Origin: an archaeon
GTDB lineage: Archaea > Micrarchaeota > Micrarchaeia > Norongarragalinales > UBA97
Direction: 5' to 3'
Assembly (NCBI GenBank): GCA_020057405.1
Contig: JAGVFW010000011.1
Span: forward strand, 13,111-77,110
Length of the DNA stretch: 64,000 bases
Shown here: positions 8,402 to 19,030 of the stretch, in pieces
Position numbering within the stretch: position 1 is the first letter of the stretch
How the letters are laid out: every line of letters begins with the position of its first letter
The notes under the pieces: generated by a model
Database searches by the model: none
Seen by the model: the letters and a program-made list of their open reading frames with translations, nothing else
Told to the model about the DNA's origin: nothing
Position numbers and translations under genes: made by a program

Positions 8402-11332
8402 GTGGCTCCCTACCTTGACTCGGCCTCTCACGAGGGCTGGCACGAACCAGAACAAGCGCCCCTGCAGTTTCCCTCAGGCGAGCCGCCAAAACCAGTTACC
8501 CTCAAGAGCATAGGCTACGGCATCCTCGCACTCGCAATCCTGGCGGCGCTCCTGGCAATGCAGGCGCCCGAAGAGCCCAATGAGAAAACAACTTCCGGCA
8601 CGTCATCAAACCTGCTAAGCAAGCTCGGCTCGACAGTGACGCGCGTAGCCAACGCGATACTCGGCCTAGAGCCCAAAAAACTCGCTGCAACAGTAAACGA
8701 CACGAAGAACGCGATTTCAACTACGCCTGCTCCAACACCGGTAGCGACGAGCCCAACGCCTTCCCCCACGCCCGACCCCTGCGCTTGTCCTGGCATTTAC
8801 ACGCCGGTCTGCGGCTCTGACGGCAGGACTTACTTCAATGTTTGTGTTGCAACCTGCGAGGGGGTCTCAATTGCGCCTGCAGAGAACTGCGTGAACTCGA
8901 ATCTTCCCATAGTCACGCCCCGGCCAATGCCCTCGCCAGGCTCGCAAGGCAGTCCCACACCAACACCCTGTCCATCCTGCAGCCCAACTCCCACTCCAAC
9001 GCCGACGCCTTCGCCCACGCCAACACCCTGCCCATCCTGCAGCCCAACTCCCACTCCAACGCCTACCCCGTCACCGACTCCCACGCCTACTCCGTTTCCA
9101 GCGGACTTTTTCGTTGCGCCAACCGCTTGCAGCGACTCCAACCCGGGAACGCAAGCGCAGCCGTTCTGCACTATACAGAAGGCGCAAGCCGAAATCCGCA
9201 GCCTGATTGCGGGCGGCATGGCCAAGGACGCGATAGTGGCGCTGAGGGAAGGCGTTTATCGCATCAACTCGACCATTAACTTTGGCGCAAGCGATTCTGG
9301 CAAAAACGGCTTCAAGGTCAAGTACGTCGCGTACCCCGAGGAAACGCCGGTCCTTCGCGCCAGCCGCGACATCACGGGCTTCGCTCCAACAGGCCAACAA
9401 GGCGTTTTTTCGACCAACCTGCAAAGCGCGGGCTTATTCGACAACGGTTCGCTCGTGTTGTTCTACAACGGTCAGCTCCAGCAGCCGGCGCGGTACCCAA
9501 ATTACCGGGCCCCGGACTTTGGCGCGATAGACCCGTGGGCCGGAAACTTCCTGTACGCGACCGCGCCGAGCTTGACTGCGGACCTCAAGATTTACTACGA
9601 CACCACGAAGCTTGACGCCAGCGGCTGGACGACCGCCCCCGGGAGCCAGGTGGTGATTTTTACCGGCCCCAACTACGTCAACAGCTTTGGTGGAGTGGCA
9701 AGCATCAGCCAAAGCACTGGGACAATCAACATAGCGCGCATAAACAACCAAAACCAGTGGAGCTGGGACTCTGCGTGGCCCTATGACATCAGGGTCGGCA
9801 ACAGGTTCTACATCCAAAACGTTCGCGAGGCGCTTGACGCACCCGGCGAGTGGTACTACAACCCGCAGACGAAAGACCTCTTCTTCTATCCGCCCGCGCC
9901 AATGGGCCAAAACGACCGCGTTTCGCTCCCGGCGGCCTACGACATCATTCGCGTCGAAGGCGGCCAAAACATGGAGTTTAGCGGCCTCACCCTCGAGGAA
10001 GCGTCGGGAACAGGCTTTCTTTTGCACAACAGCAACAACATCGTGATTGCCAACAATGAAATCCGCAGCATAGTGATGAACGACAACAAGCACCCGGGAA
10101 CATGGGGACGCGTCTGGCCGTACGTCTCCTCGCGCGGCATTTACGCGTACGCCGAGGCGGCATCCGACCCGCAGTTCGAAAACATCGTGATAGAGAACAA
10201 CTCAATCCACGACATCGGCGGCGAGGGAATAAGCCTGGGGTCGGCCTCCACAACCCAGGCAAACCAAGACAGGTCAAACGAAGACTACCACTTCAAGAAC
10301 CTGGTTCCGCACAACCACCGCATAACATACAACAAAGTCTATGACACGGGCAAGGTCGCCGCCGGGACTACCGCAATCAAGTTCCGAGGCGTTGGCATTA
10401 CGGTATCGCACAACGAGGTCCACGACGTGCCCCGCATAGGCATCGGGTTCCAGGGAAACGATGACATAATCGAGTACAACCTGGTCTACAACGTGAACCG
10501 GCAGACGGAAGATTCCGGCGGCATCACGCACGGCTCGCGCGGCTGGACTTACCGCAACAACACCATCCGCAACAACTTCGTGCACGACACCGGCGGCTAC
10601 GCGTTCAACAACAGCGGCAGCGGCCTCTACGAGTTCAACAAGTTCAGTTGGGGAATTTACCCCGACGACTTTTCAAGCCAGTTTGAAATCCACGACAACG
10701 TTGTTGCCCGAGCTTCCAAGGGCATGGTGCAAATTCATTCGGGACGCGACAACTACATCCACGACAACATCGGCATTGAAGGCGCCTACAGCGGGCTCTA
10801 CGCGCAAGGCGAGTGGGGAAAGGCAGCCGACAACGCCTCCTTCCAAAACATGTGGAACGAGGTGCAGAACCTTGCCGGCTGGGGCTTCGACACGGCAAAA
10901 TACTATAGCAAGTACCCGCTGCTTGCCAACATACCCAATCCCGCAACCATGGCCGAGAACACGGTGTTCGACAACAACAAGTATGATCGCAACATCATCT
11001 ACTACCCGGGGCACGCGAGTGCTCCCGCTTACTGGGTGCGCCACATCATAGGCACTCCAAACACGGCATTCACCAAGAACCTACTTTGGAACGGCGGCGG
11101 CTCGATTTTCGTGCAGGAACCCGAAGCGGTATCCCACGGCGGCAGCTACACTTGGACCAATGGCGCCTACGTAGCCTTCTACAACTGGACGTACTGGAAG
11201 CAAATGGGCTACGACGCAGACTCACTAATCGCCGACCCGCTCTTCACCAACCCGGCTGCAGACGACTACACTCTCCAGCCGTCGTCGCCCGCCTGGGCAC
11301 TCGGCATGCACAACGTCATCGTGCCACGGTAA
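8402..11332 (+). CDS. membrane-anchored Kazal-domain protein with Pro/Thr linker and C-terminal right-handed beta-helix (pectate lyase/PbH1-like) domain
   Basis: GTG start supported by the paralog N-terminus (MAPY..HEGWH); TM helix; Kazal pattern [29 protein letters not shown]...ENC with six Cys; PTPTPSPTP linker with two CPSC motifs; repeated [13 protein letters not shown] / [20 protein letters not shown] beta-helix repeats. Confidence 0.75.
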   Translation: MAPYLDSASHEGWHEPEQAPLQFPSGEPPKPVTLKSIGYGILALAILAALLAMQAPEEPNEKTTSGTSSNLLSKLGSTVTRVANAILGLEPKKLAATVNDTKNAISTTPAPTPVATSPTPSPTPDPCACPGIYTPVCGSDGRTYFNVCVATCEGVSIAPAENCVNSNLPIVTPRPMPSPGSQGSPTPTPCPSCSPTPTPTPTPSPTPTPCPSCSPTPTPTPTPSPTPTPTPFPADFFVAPTACSDSNPGTQAQPFCTIQKAQAEIRSLIAGGMAKDAIVALREGVYRINSTINFGASDSGKNGFKVKYVAYPEETPVLRASRDITGFAPTGQQGVFSTNLQSAGLFDNGSLVLFYNGQLQQPARYPNYRAPDFGAIDPWAGNFLYATAPSLTADLKIYYDTTKLDASGWTTAPGSQVVIFTGPNYVNSFGGVASISQSTGTINIARINNQNQWSWDSAWPYDIRVGNRFYIQNVREALDAPGEWYYNPQTKDLFFYPPAPMGQNDRVSLPAAYDIIRVEGGQNMEFSGLTLEEASGTGFLLHNSNNIVIANNEIRSIVMNDNKHPGTWGRVWPYVSSRGIYAYAEAASDPQFENIVIENNSIHDIGGEGISLGSASTTQANQDRSNEDYHFKNLVPHNHRITYNKVYDTGKVAAGTTAIKFRGVGITVSHNEVHDVPRIGIGFQGNDDIIEYNLVYNVNRQTEDSGGITHGSRGWTYRNNTIRNNFVHDTGGYAFNNSGSGLYEFNKFSWGIYPDDFSSQFEIHDNVVARASKGMVQIHSGRDNYIHDNIGIEGAYSGLYAQGEWGKAADNASFQNMWNEVQNLAGWGFDTAKYYSKYPLLANIPNPATMAENTVFDNNKYDRNIIYYPGHASAPAYWVRHIIGTPNTAFTKNLLWNGGGSIFVQEPEAVSHGGSYTWTNGAYVAFYNWTYWKQMGYDADSLIADPLFTNPAADDYTLQPSSPAWALGMHNVIVPR
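8961..9080 (+). repeat. 60-bp tandem duplication (x2) inside the Pro/Thr linker of the Kazal gene
   Basis: 8961-9000 and 9021-9060 are 39/40 identical, encoding [18 protein letters not shown] twice. Confidence 0.8.
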
Positions 11333-11358
11333 GTGTGAGAAAGCTTCACTGCAATCAG

Positions 11359-11367
11359 CTTTTATTT
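11359..11367 (+). promoter_or_regulatory. TATA-like box (CTTTTATTT) ~22 nt upstream of the ATG at 11385
   Basis: AT-rich box in an otherwise GC-rich context. Confidence 0.3.
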
Positions 11368-11384
11368 GCTAACGCAATTAGGGG

Positions 11385-11942
11385 ATGGCAATGGCTCCCT
11401 ATCACCTAGACGCCGACCAGCACGAGGGCTGGCACCAAGAAAGGCAGCCCGCGCCCCAGCTTCCTGAAGACCATGCGCCAGAGCCTTTCTCGCTCAAGCG
11501 GCTTGCGCTATCGGTGCTCGCAATAGCGATTGTCTCCGCCATGCTGATGGTGCAAGTGCCTTCCGACGCAGCCGAAGGTGCCACGCACTCAACCACCCTA
11601 GGCTCAAAGCTCGTCACCGCAGTCGGCGTCGTGGCGGATGCCATTCGCTCGTTTGCACCGAAGAACCTGTATGAAAAAGGCGGCGCAGAAGGCAACCTGC
11701 AGGGGACCGCCAATGCCTCGAATCAAACCGACCCCACGCCCATTCCGACCCCCGATTTTGGCGCGTGCGGCTGTGAGCGCGCGTACAAGCCAGTCTGCGG
11801 CCGCGACGGCATCACCTACAACAACACGTGCTTTGCCACGTGCGCGGGCGTCATCATCGCTGCTGCTGACGACTGCGTTACTGCAAAAACGGCTACTCCG
11901 AGGCCCGTCGTCGCGCCCTACGGCACGCCGGTGCCGAGCTGA
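11385..11942 (+). CDS. short membrane-anchored Kazal-domain protein (paralog lacking a C-terminal enzyme module)
   Basis: N-terminus MAMAPYHLDADQHEGWH parallels the 8402 protein; TM; Kazal CGCERAYKPVCGRDGITYNNTCFATCAGV...DDC. Confidence 0.7.
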   Translation: MAMAPYHLDADQHEGWHQERQPAPQLPEDHAPEPFSLKRLALSVLAIAIVSAMLMVQVPSDAAEGATHSTTLGSKLVTAVGVVADAIRSFAPKNLYEKGGAEGNLQGTANASNQTDPTPIPTPDFGACGCERAYKPVCGRDGITYNNTCFATCAGVIIAAADDCVTAKTATPRPVVAPYGTPVPS

Positions 11943-11953
11943 GTTGTGGAAAA

Positions 11954-12409
11954 ATGATTGTCGGAGTGGACGCGGGGCTGACAACGGCAATCGCGTTCGT
12001 GTCACTTGACGGCAAGCCCGTTTCCGCCAAAAGCGGCAAGCACTGGGGTTTTGAGGAGGCGATGCTTGCAGTTGCGCAAGGCGCCCCATCAGTTGAGATA
12101 GTGGCCTGCGATACCAATCCTTCGAGCCACTTTGCCAAGCAGCTGGCCTCGGCTTTTGGCGCTCGGGCTTACGTGCCCCGCCATTCGCTTCCGGTGATTG
12201 ATAAGGAGCGCATTGCGCAAAAAAGCGGGCTAAAGCTCAAGAACAAGCACGAGCGGGACGCCCTTGCCGCCGCTGTTTGCGCCTGGCGGCATTACCAGAA
12301 CAAGCTAAGGCAAGCCGGAACCAAGGCAGTCAAGGCTGGAAAGGCTGCTGGTGAAGTGCAAAAGCGCGTGCTTGCGGGAGAGAAGATGGCGTACTTGGTA
12401 CGAAAGTGA
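11954..12409 (+). CDS. RNase H-fold (YqgF/RuvC-like, DUF460-like) protein
   Basis: MIVGVDAGLTTAIAFVSLDG N-terminal motif typical of RuvC/YqgF-like resolvase folds. Confidence 0.4.
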   Translation: MIVGVDAGLTTAIAFVSLDGKPVSAKSGKHWGFEEAMLAVAQGAPSVEIVACDTNPSSHFAKQLASAFGARAYVPRHSLPVIDKERIAQKSGLKLKNKHERDALAAAVCAWRHYQNKLRQAGTKAVKAGKAAGEVQKRVLAGEKMAYLVRK

Positions 12410-12412
12410 GTC

Positions 12413-12787
12413 ATGCGTTTAAATAACTTGGGCAGAATAATCTGCTTTATGGAACCGACTAAGACTACCGCTCCAAGCGGCGATGCAAAACAATCCGCCA
12501 AGCCGGCACGGGCACCGTTTGAGGGAAACGTCATTTTTGTGGGAAAAAAGGAACCCATGAACTATGTACTGGCGCTAGTTGGCAGGTTTAACGCGGGGGC
12601 GGCGAGCGTGGAGCTAAAAGCCCGCGGCCGAACAATATCGAAAGCCGTTGACATTACACAAATCCTAAAGAACCGCTTTTTGTCCGACGTGCGCATTGCC
12701 GACGTCAAGCTATCGACAGAGGAAGTCGAGAACGAGGACGGCACGAAAAGCCGCGTAAGCAGCATGAGCGTAACGCTCTCCAGGTAA
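12413..12787 (+). CDS. albA: chromatin protein Alba
   Basis: [16 protein letters not shown]...[26 protein letters not shown] matches the Alba core; 30-aa N-terminal extension, start may be Met 12449. Confidence 0.8.
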   Translation: MRLNNLGRIICFMEPTKTTAPSGDAKQSAKPARAPFEGNVIFVGKKEPMNYVLALVGRFNAGAASVELKARGRTISKAVDITQILKNRFLSDVRIADVKLSTEEVENEDGTKSRVSSMSVTLSR

Positions 12788-12792
12788 ACTCC

Positions 12793-12798
12793 TTAAAT
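12793..12798 (+). promoter_or_regulatory. TATA-like box (TTAAAT) ~26 nt upstream of the GTG start at 12822
   Basis: Spacing consistent with a leaderless mRNA. Confidence 0.35.
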
Positions 12799-12821
12799 CC
12801 CGTCCCTGCGTAACGGTTTGC

Positions 12822-14642
12822 GTGAACGAACAGTCACTCGAGGCACAGTCAGAAGAAAAGAAGGGGATGGAGGGATTCGGCCTCGTCACCCTCCTGCTCG
12901 CCATCGGCATGCTGCTGCTCTACTTTAGCGCGGGGGGCGGCGACTCCAAGCAATTTCTCGAAAAAGCATCAAACTCCATCCAAAACCTGACTCAAACAAT
13001 CAGGGAAACGGGAAACGAGCCAACTCCGCAACCAACCCCGGCGGAGATTGGCTCAACGGCAACTCCGACGCCAGAGGCCGAAGGCGAGTTTGCGCAATGC
13101 GGGTGCCCCAAAACCTATTCACCCGTATGCGGTTCCGACGGCAACACCTACTACAATGGCTGCATGGCAAGATGTCGCGGAAAAGAAATCGCGAACGCCG
13201 AAAACTGCGTAAAACCGTGGATAACGCCAGTACCAACGCCCAACCCAAGCTCGACGCCTACACCAACTCCGCTGCCAAGCACGACCCCCACGCCCAACCC
13301 CTCGCCAACAATTAGCCCCACGCCAAGCCCAACTCCCACCCCGACGCCAAGCCCAACGCCCTCACCGACTCCCACGCCAACCGCGAGCCCAACGCCACAA
13401 GCGGACTTCACTTTCGGCTGGTACACGATGGTCGAAACCGGATCCTTTGCCAACCTCAGTGCAATAGCCAGTGCCGGCGGATCGAACACGGTAATTGCCT
13501 ACTCGTGGCCAGCCGAATGCGGCGGCTGGGGACCCACGGTGAACCACTCTTGCTGGAGAAACTACCTTGATGCCGCACAAGCCCGCGGAATCAAAGTATG
13601 GGCTGAAGTTCCAAGAAACCTGGTCAATGCCCAAAACTTCACGGGATTGAGGCAATTTGCCCAAGGCCTCAGGGGCCACCCGGCACTCGCGGCGTACTAC
13701 CTTTCCGACGAGCCCGACCAGGCGTTCTGGCAAAACGACCCTAGGTTCAGCCCACAAAACATGACACTCGCATACCAAGTGCTAAAACAAGAAGACCCCC
13801 AAACGCTAGTAACCCACGTGGTTGTGCAAGTGGGCTTTGGCGTTTACCCGCAACTCGACTGCAGCGCGTACGGCGACCCAAGCAAGCACCACCTAGGGTG
13901 CCACAAGCCCTACGGACAAAACACGGCCATCTACAACGCTAGCACTTGCGGGGAACGCGATTTGTGCAACCTCGCCTACTACGAACCGTCCGCCGACATC
14001 CTCTCTACCGACTACTACCCGTTCGAGTATGGACTCGAAGGCCAAACCATCAAGAACGTGACAGTCTACCCCTACTGGCCCTTCGACCGCACCAAAAAAT
14101 GGAGCGAATACGCCAAAGCCCGGGGCAAAAACTACGTAGCGATAGTGCAAGGAACCTACTGGCTCGACCGGCTTATTTCGATGACGCCCGAACAACTGGA
14201 ATTGCATCCCACAAAACAAGAATACCGCTTCTACTCAATAGGCAACATGCTGGAGGGGGCAACCGGCATCATCGCATTCGTTGCCTACCGCTCTTCCCAA
14301 AATGTTAGGAACAACATCATCGCACCCGCCTACAGCGACATACAATCGTACAAAAAACTATTTTATGACGGCATCGCGGCGTCATGTGTTCCGGCCCAGG
14401 AATGCGCGGAAGTAATAGCAAAAACCACTCAAGACGGAACCGACGGAACACTTATTGGTGCGCTTAACGCCAATTTCACAACTCAGCGAACCATCACGCT
14501 TGCCCTGCCCGCCCCGGTCACCTCGGTCAAGCTCTTTGAAAACGGCGTCCTGCAAGACTACCCCGGCCTAATCAGCATAAACGGAAACGCCATTACAATC
14601 CGGTTAGAACCCCAGCAAGCAGTACTGCTAAAAGCAAGCTGA
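12822..14642 (+). CDS. membrane-anchored Kazal-domain protein with Pro/Thr linker and glycosidase-like TIM-barrel domain (family unassigned)
   Basis: GTG start; N-terminal 75 aa ~85% identical to the 14863 paralog; Kazal [29 protein letters not shown]...ENC; long PTPSPTP linker; C-terminal domain with YYLSDEPD (acid/base-like) motif. Confidence 0.7.
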   Translation: MNEQSLEAQSEEKKGMEGFGLVTLLLAIGMLLLYFSAGGGDSKQFLEKASNSIQNLTQTIRETGNEPTPQPTPAEIGSTATPTPEAEGEFAQCGCPKTYSPVCGSDGNTYYNGCMARCRGKEIANAENCVKPWITPVPTPNPSSTPTPTPLPSTTPTPNPSPTISPTPSPTPTPTPSPTPSPTPTPTASPTPQADFTFGWYTMVETGSFANLSAIASAGGSNTVIAYSWPAECGGWGPTVNHSCWRNYLDAAQARGIKVWAEVPRNLVNAQNFTGLRQFAQGLRGHPALAAYYLSDEPDQAFWQNDPRFSPQNMTLAYQVLKQEDPQTLVTHVVVQVGFGVYPQLDCSAYGDPSKHHLGCHKPYGQNTAIYNASTCGERDLCNLAYYEPSADILSTDYYPFEYGLEGQTIKNVTVYPYWPFDRTKKWSEYAKARGKNYVAIVQGTYWLDRLISMTPEQLELHPTKQEYRFYSIGNMLEGATGIIAFVAYRSSQNVRNNIIAPAYSDIQSYKKLFYDGIAASCVPAQECAEVIAKTTQDGTDGTLIGALNANFTTQRTITLALPAPVTSVKLFENGVLQDYPGLISINGNAITIRLEPQQAVLLKAS

Positions 14643-14727
14643 AAAGAAAAACGCGAATAACTCGTTTCATCACCAAACAATTATCAGCACTAGGAAGATG
14701 CACTAAACGCGCAGACCGTACCCTATT

Positions 14728-14739
14728 CCCCCCCCCCCC
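14728..14739 (+). repeat. C12 homopolymer tract
   Basis: Twelve consecutive C between Kazal paralogs 3 and 4. Confidence 0.9.
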
Positions 14740-14834
14740 GACCGAATCGGCCAACACGTACTCAGCGCCAACCGAACTCGCACTCGATGTGCCCGACAAG
14801 ACACTCGCACTCAGGTTGACACCCGGTTAGCGAA

Positions 14835-14840
14835 TTAAAA
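14835..14840 (+). promoter_or_regulatory. TATA-like box (TTAAAA) ~26 nt upstream of the GTG start at 14863
   Basis: Same spacing as the paralog promoter at 12793. Confidence 0.35.
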
Positions 14841-14862
14841 GCGCAACTCGCGTTACGATAGC

Positions 14863-17229
14863 GTGGACGAACAGGCACTCGAGGCACAGGCTGATGAGAA
14901 GAAGGGAATGGAGGGATTCGGCCTCGTCACCCTCCTACTCGCCATCGGAATGCTCATGCTCTACTTCAGCGCGGGGGGCGGCGACTCCAAGCAAATGCTC
15001 CAAAACGCATCAAACACCGTCCAAGACATAACCCAAACAATCAAAGAAACGAGCAACGAGCCGACGCCGGAGCCAAGCGAACCCACGCCAGAACCATCTA
15101 CTGAAACGCCCACGCCGCCTCCTGGGGAAGAGCAAAACGAGTTTACACAATGCGGATGCCCCGAACTCTATTCTCCAGTGTGCGGAGAGGATGAAATAAC
15201 ATACTACAACGCGTGCATGGCACGCTGCCGCGGGCGAAGCATAGTCGACGGCCAATACTGCGACCCGAACAACTGGCCAACTCCCCGGCCAACACCGACG
15301 CCAACCGTAACGCCCAAACCAAGCCCCACGCCAACCCCTTGCCCAAGCTGCGCAACGCCGACCCCTACACCCACGCCAAGCCCAACTCCCAGCCCTGGCC
15401 CCACTCCAATGCCAACCCCGCCACTCGATTATTCGGGCTACTGGAGTTTCGACAACTACAGCTCCACAACGGTCTTTGATGCGTCACCAAACCACTTTGA
15501 CGCAGCCTATACCGCAGGCGACTCGAGCCAAAACAGCGTCAACGGTGCTTTTGGAAAATCACTCAAGACCACCCAAACGAACTACGCCCGCGCGGCAGGA
15601 GACGCCCTCACCGACGGCCCGTTCACCGTAACCAGCTGGTTCAAGCACGACGCCGAACTCGTCTCCGACCAACCAACTCCCTGGGTAGGCGGCTTGGGCA
15701 AGGCCTACCGCATGCGCTTGGGCTGGATGGGCGGCGGCACGGACTTTTACCAAGGTGGCTGGATGTGCAAAATCAATTCCGGCAACGCGCCAAGCGTCTA
15801 TCAAGTTTATCCAGTCAAGGCAGGCGTTTGGTACAATGTCGCATGCACTTGGGACGGCAGCTCGATTAAACTCTATGTCAACGGCTCGCTAGTGCGAAGC
15901 GACAGCTACGCTAGCCAAAGCTATGTTGGCAGCGAACAGTTTGACTTTGGACGCTCAAGCGACACTTACTGGGTCGGCAGCATTGACGAAGTGAGAGTGT
16001 ATCGGCGAGCACTTTCCGAAAGCGAACTCTTGACAATGTCGCCCGACTGGGCCAAGAAGCGCCAGACTGAAACACCCAAATCCACCTACTCCTTCACTGA
16101 CTCGATTGGAGTAAACATGCACGACTGGCCTAACTATGAGTCGGCAATCGCCCCCCGCGTGCGCGAACTGGGCGTCAAGCACCTGCGCGACAACCTGTGG
16201 TTCATCAACAAGAGCGCCTGGACCCAAACTAAGATGCGCCAACACATTGGGGACGGCGTAAAATACGCCTTGATTCCCGACCAATTCATGCTCAACGCCA
16301 CCGACGTCGTGCCCTATCTCAAGTTCCTCTACGGCAACCTCTCAGGGCAGTACGGTAATTCATTCATCGACGTAGTCGAAGGGCCAAACGAGCCCGACAA
16401 CTTCTACGACAACGTTCCGAACATCCTGCAAAAAACATTCGACTACCACACTTCGATGTACGCCGCTATCAAGGCCGACTCACAAACGCAGGCAATCAAA
16501 GTCGCCGCGCCGTCACTCACACTAAGCCACGACCGAAGCGCCTTCGACGACTACAACTACGCACCCATTGCCGACTACGCAAACGGACATTTCTACCAGG
16601 AACCCCTAAATCCCGGCTACCCACTCATCGACAAGAGCGAATACTACGTCAAGGGCGAAGCGCCCGGCCTACCCGTGCTTGTGACAGAAGCAGGCTACAC
16701 TACCTACTCCGGCGGCTTTAGCGAAACATTACAGTCGAAATACCTCGTGCGCACGCTCCTCGAATACTTCAACCGCGGCTACCCCCGCACCTACCTCTAC
16801 GACTTTGCAAACGACGGCCCATCAGGCGACGACCAGTACCACTCGCGCTTCGGGCTAGTAACCTGGGACGCGGTGCCAAAACCCTCATTCTACGCAATCA
16901 AGAACCTCATCACCATCCTCTCCGACACTAGCACGCCAATAACGCCACACGCTCTTGACTATGAACTCGAGACAACTAGTGCCGACCTTCATCACCTGCT
17001 CTTGCAGAAGACAAACGGCGACTGGTACCTCGTGTTGTGGCTCGAACGCAAGAGCACCGACACCGACGTCACTGCACAAGTGACAATCCGCACCTACACT
17101 CCGGTGACGCAAGCGCAGTTATTCGAGCCCCACGTCTCGGCAAGCGCAACGCAAACTTTCGCCAACCCCGCAGTAATTACGCTAAACGTGCCGGACAAGG
17201 CAGTGATTGTCAAGCTCACTCCCGCTTAA
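14863..17229 (+). CDS. membrane-anchored Kazal-domain protein with Pro/Thr linker, LamG/ConA-like lectin domain and clan GH-A glycoside hydrolase domain
   Basis: Kazal [29 protein letters not shown]; PCPSC-containing PT linker; LamG signature [22 protein letters not shown]; GH-A acid/base [10 protein letters not shown] and nucleophile [10 protein letters not shown]. Confidence 0.75.
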   Translation: MDEQALEAQADEKKGMEGFGLVTLLLAIGMLMLYFSAGGGDSKQMLQNASNTVQDITQTIKETSNEPTPEPSEPTPEPSTETPTPPPGEEQNEFTQCGCPELYSPVCGEDEITYYNACMARCRGRSIVDGQYCDPNNWPTPRPTPTPTVTPKPSPTPTPCPSCATPTPTPTPSPTPSPGPTPMPTPPLDYSGYWSFDNYSSTTVFDASPNHFDAAYTAGDSSQNSVNGAFGKSLKTTQTNYARAAGDALTDGPFTVTSWFKHDAELVSDQPTPWVGGLGKAYRMRLGWMGGGTDFYQGGWMCKINSGNAPSVYQVYPVKAGVWYNVACTWDGSSIKLYVNGSLVRSDSYASQSYVGSEQFDFGRSSDTYWVGSIDEVRVYRRALSESELLTMSPDWAKKRQTETPKSTYSFTDSIGVNMHDWPNYESAIAPRVRELGVKHLRDNLWFINKSAWTQTKMRQHIGDGVKYALIPDQFMLNATDVVPYLKFLYGNLSGQYGNSFIDVVEGPNEPDNFYDNVPNILQKTFDYHTSMYAAIKADSQTQAIKVAAPSLTLSHDRSAFDDYNYAPIADYANGHFYQEPLNPGYPLIDKSEYYVKGEAPGLPVLVTEAGYTTYSGGFSETLQSKYLVRTLLEYFNRGYPRTYLYDFANDGPSGDDQYHSRFGLVTWDAVPKPSFYAIKNLITILSDTSTPITPHALDYELETTSADLHHLLLQKTNGDWYLVLWLERKSTDTDVTAQVTIRTYTPVTQAQLFEPHVSASATQTFANPAVITLNVPDKAVIVKLTPA

Positions 17230-17313
17230 CTGCGCTAGAGATAAACCTCGTCATGCTCATTGCGCTCGAACTAGTGATGAAGGGCTAGTTGTAGAAAGCG
17301 CACCTAAAAGAAA

Positions 17314-17940
17314 TTAGACGCGAAGGCCCGTTTCACGCATTGCCTTTCGCAACTCCTCGATTCCCTGCTTGTTGGAGTCGAAATTAATCCCGCAAATGCC
17401 GAGCTTGCGCGCGGTTGCAATGTTCTCTGGAGTGTCGTCAACGAACACCACGCGGCTTGGCGAAATGCCGAAGCGGCGCAGCATGTGGACGAATATAGCG
17501 TCGTCCGGCTTTTTCGCACCAACTTGGCTGGAGAAAATCACTTCGTCAAAGAGGCTGTCAAACCCGAACCGGCTCTCCATTCCCTGGCGGAAAAGCTCGT
17601 TGTTGTTGCTTAGAATGACGATGACGTAATTCTCGCGCAATTCCTTAAGCAGCTTGCGCATTCCTGGCGTCTCTTTCAGCCGCTGCAAGTCGGGCGTTCC
17701 TGTGACAAGCACGCCGCCGAAGTCAAAGCCGACCACGCGGCGGTTGACGTAGAGGCGGTAGGCAAAATGCAAGTAATAGGCAACGGCATAGCAAACGGCT
17801 GCGAGCACCGGCAACAACAAGCCCTCAAACAAGTCAGGCCAAGCGTAGAAGCCTCCCGCAAAAAGCACGACCGCCCAAAACAACTGCCCCCGGCGAAAGC
17901 CGAAGAGACGCATCAAACCCATAGCACAATTTGCCCGCAA
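17314..17940 (-). CDS. HAD-superfamily hydrolase with N-terminal membrane segment and degenerate motif I
   Basis: Motif I VVGFDFGGVL (second Asp replaced by Gly), motif II ILSNN, motif III KKPD, motif IV FVDDT; two N-terminal hydrophobic helices. Confidence 0.65.
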   Translation of the reverse strand: MRANCAMGLMRLFGFRRGQLFWAVVLFAGGFYAWPDLFEGLLLPVLAAVCYAVAYYLHFAYRLYVNRRVVGFDFGGVLVTGTPDLQRLKETPGMRKLLKELRENYVIVILSNNNELFRQGMESRFGFDSLFDEVIFSSQVGAKKPDDAIFVHMLRRFGISPSRVVFVDDTPENIATARKLGICGINFDSNKQGIEELRKAMRETGLRV

Positions 17941-17946
17941 CTGGTT

Positions 17947-18936
17947 TTAAAGCGTGGTGACGGGGCGCGCCTGCACTATGTAGAAGACACCTGACTCGAG
18001 GGCCCACTCAAGGTCTTGGGGCGAACCGTAGTGCACCTCGATGCGGTTGCACAGCCGCGAAAGCTCAAGTACCTTGAGGCCGGAGAGCTTCTGCTTGGCG
18101 CGCTTGTCTGCAGGCACTGGCAGGTGTTGCGTGCCGCCAGTAGGCCCGCGGACAATCATTTCCTCCTGTTCATTCACCTGCACGTCGAGAAGCATTTCCT
18201 CAGCCTTGTCGACAACGTACTTGTCTGGAGTAATCAGCCCGCCCACTATTGCCTCGCCAAGACCGAAGCCCGCCTCGATTACCATCTGGTTGCGGTCGCG
18301 AGTGACGGGATTGACGGTGAAGGCAACGCCGCTCACCTCGCTCTCGACCATCTTTTGCACGACAACACCCACGCCCACTTGCGCCTTCTCCAGGCCCTGC
18401 TCAAAGCGGTAGAAAATCGCGCGGGGAGTGAAGAGCGATGCCCAGCACTTTCGCACGGTTGGCAAAAGCGTCTCGCCAGTCGTATTGAGGTAGCTTTCTA
18501 ACTCTCCGGCCCAACTCGCTGCCGAAGCATCCTCGGCGGTTGCACTCGAGCGTACTGCGACAAAACGCGCGCCGAGAGTATTGAATTGCGCAGTTATGGC
18601 ACTGGCCATGTCTTGAGGAATATCTGCCGACTCAATCAACGAACGGATATTCTTGCTTGCCGCGTCAACGCTCGACGTGTTGTGCTGGTCCACTTTAGCC
18701 AATTCAATGGCAATCTTTCCCCCAAGCCCGTTAACGCGGATGAATTCATCAAATGAAGCAACAGAAACGACAAAACCTGGCGGGACAGGAATGCCGGCCG
18801 CAGTCATTTCACCAAGCTGCGCACCCTTGCCCCCAGCAATTGCAACGCTGGCCTTCGAAAGAGAAGCAAAAGGCAAGACAAACTTTTCCATAAACCTAAC
18901 CCCAAACTCTATCGTAATTGTGGCCTGCTGCGACAA
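17947..18936 (-). CDS. stand-alone PEP/pyruvate-binding ATP-grasp domain protein (PPDK_N; PEP synthase / rifampin phosphotransferase-like)
   Basis: VAIAGGKGAQLGEM...PVPPGFVV...WASLFTPRAIFYR...GVAFTVNP match the PPDK N-terminal nucleotide-binding domain; ORF stops after this domain. Confidence 0.75.
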   Translation of the reverse strand: MSQQATITIEFGVRFMEKFVLPFASLSKASVAIAGGKGAQLGEMTAAGIPVPPGFVVSVASFDEFIRVNGLGGKIAIELAKVDQHNTSSVDAASKNIRSLIESADIPQDMASAITAQFNTLGARFVAVRSSATAEDASAASWAGELESYLNTTGETLLPTVRKCWASLFTPRAIFYRFEQGLEKAQVGVGVVVQKMVESEVSGVAFTVNPVTRDRNQMVIEAGFGLGEAIVGGLITPDKYVVDKAEEMLLDVQVNEQEEMIVRGPTGGTQHLPVPADKRAKQKLSGLKVLELSRLCNRIEVHYGSPQDLEWALESGVFYIVQARPVTTL

Positions 18937-19030
18937 CGGGCTTTTCCTCCCGCGGCACGCCCTGCCACACCTGCATGAGAAATATGATGACGAGCAGCGT
19001 GAAGATGATGTCGCTCTCGCTCATGTTTCT

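Noticed and set aside
17314-17940. HAD hydrolase annotated as possibly inactive because motif I reads DFGG instead of DxDG
   Set aside because: The nucleophile Asp is present and several HAD subfamilies lack the second Asp, so I did not call it a pseudoenzyme.
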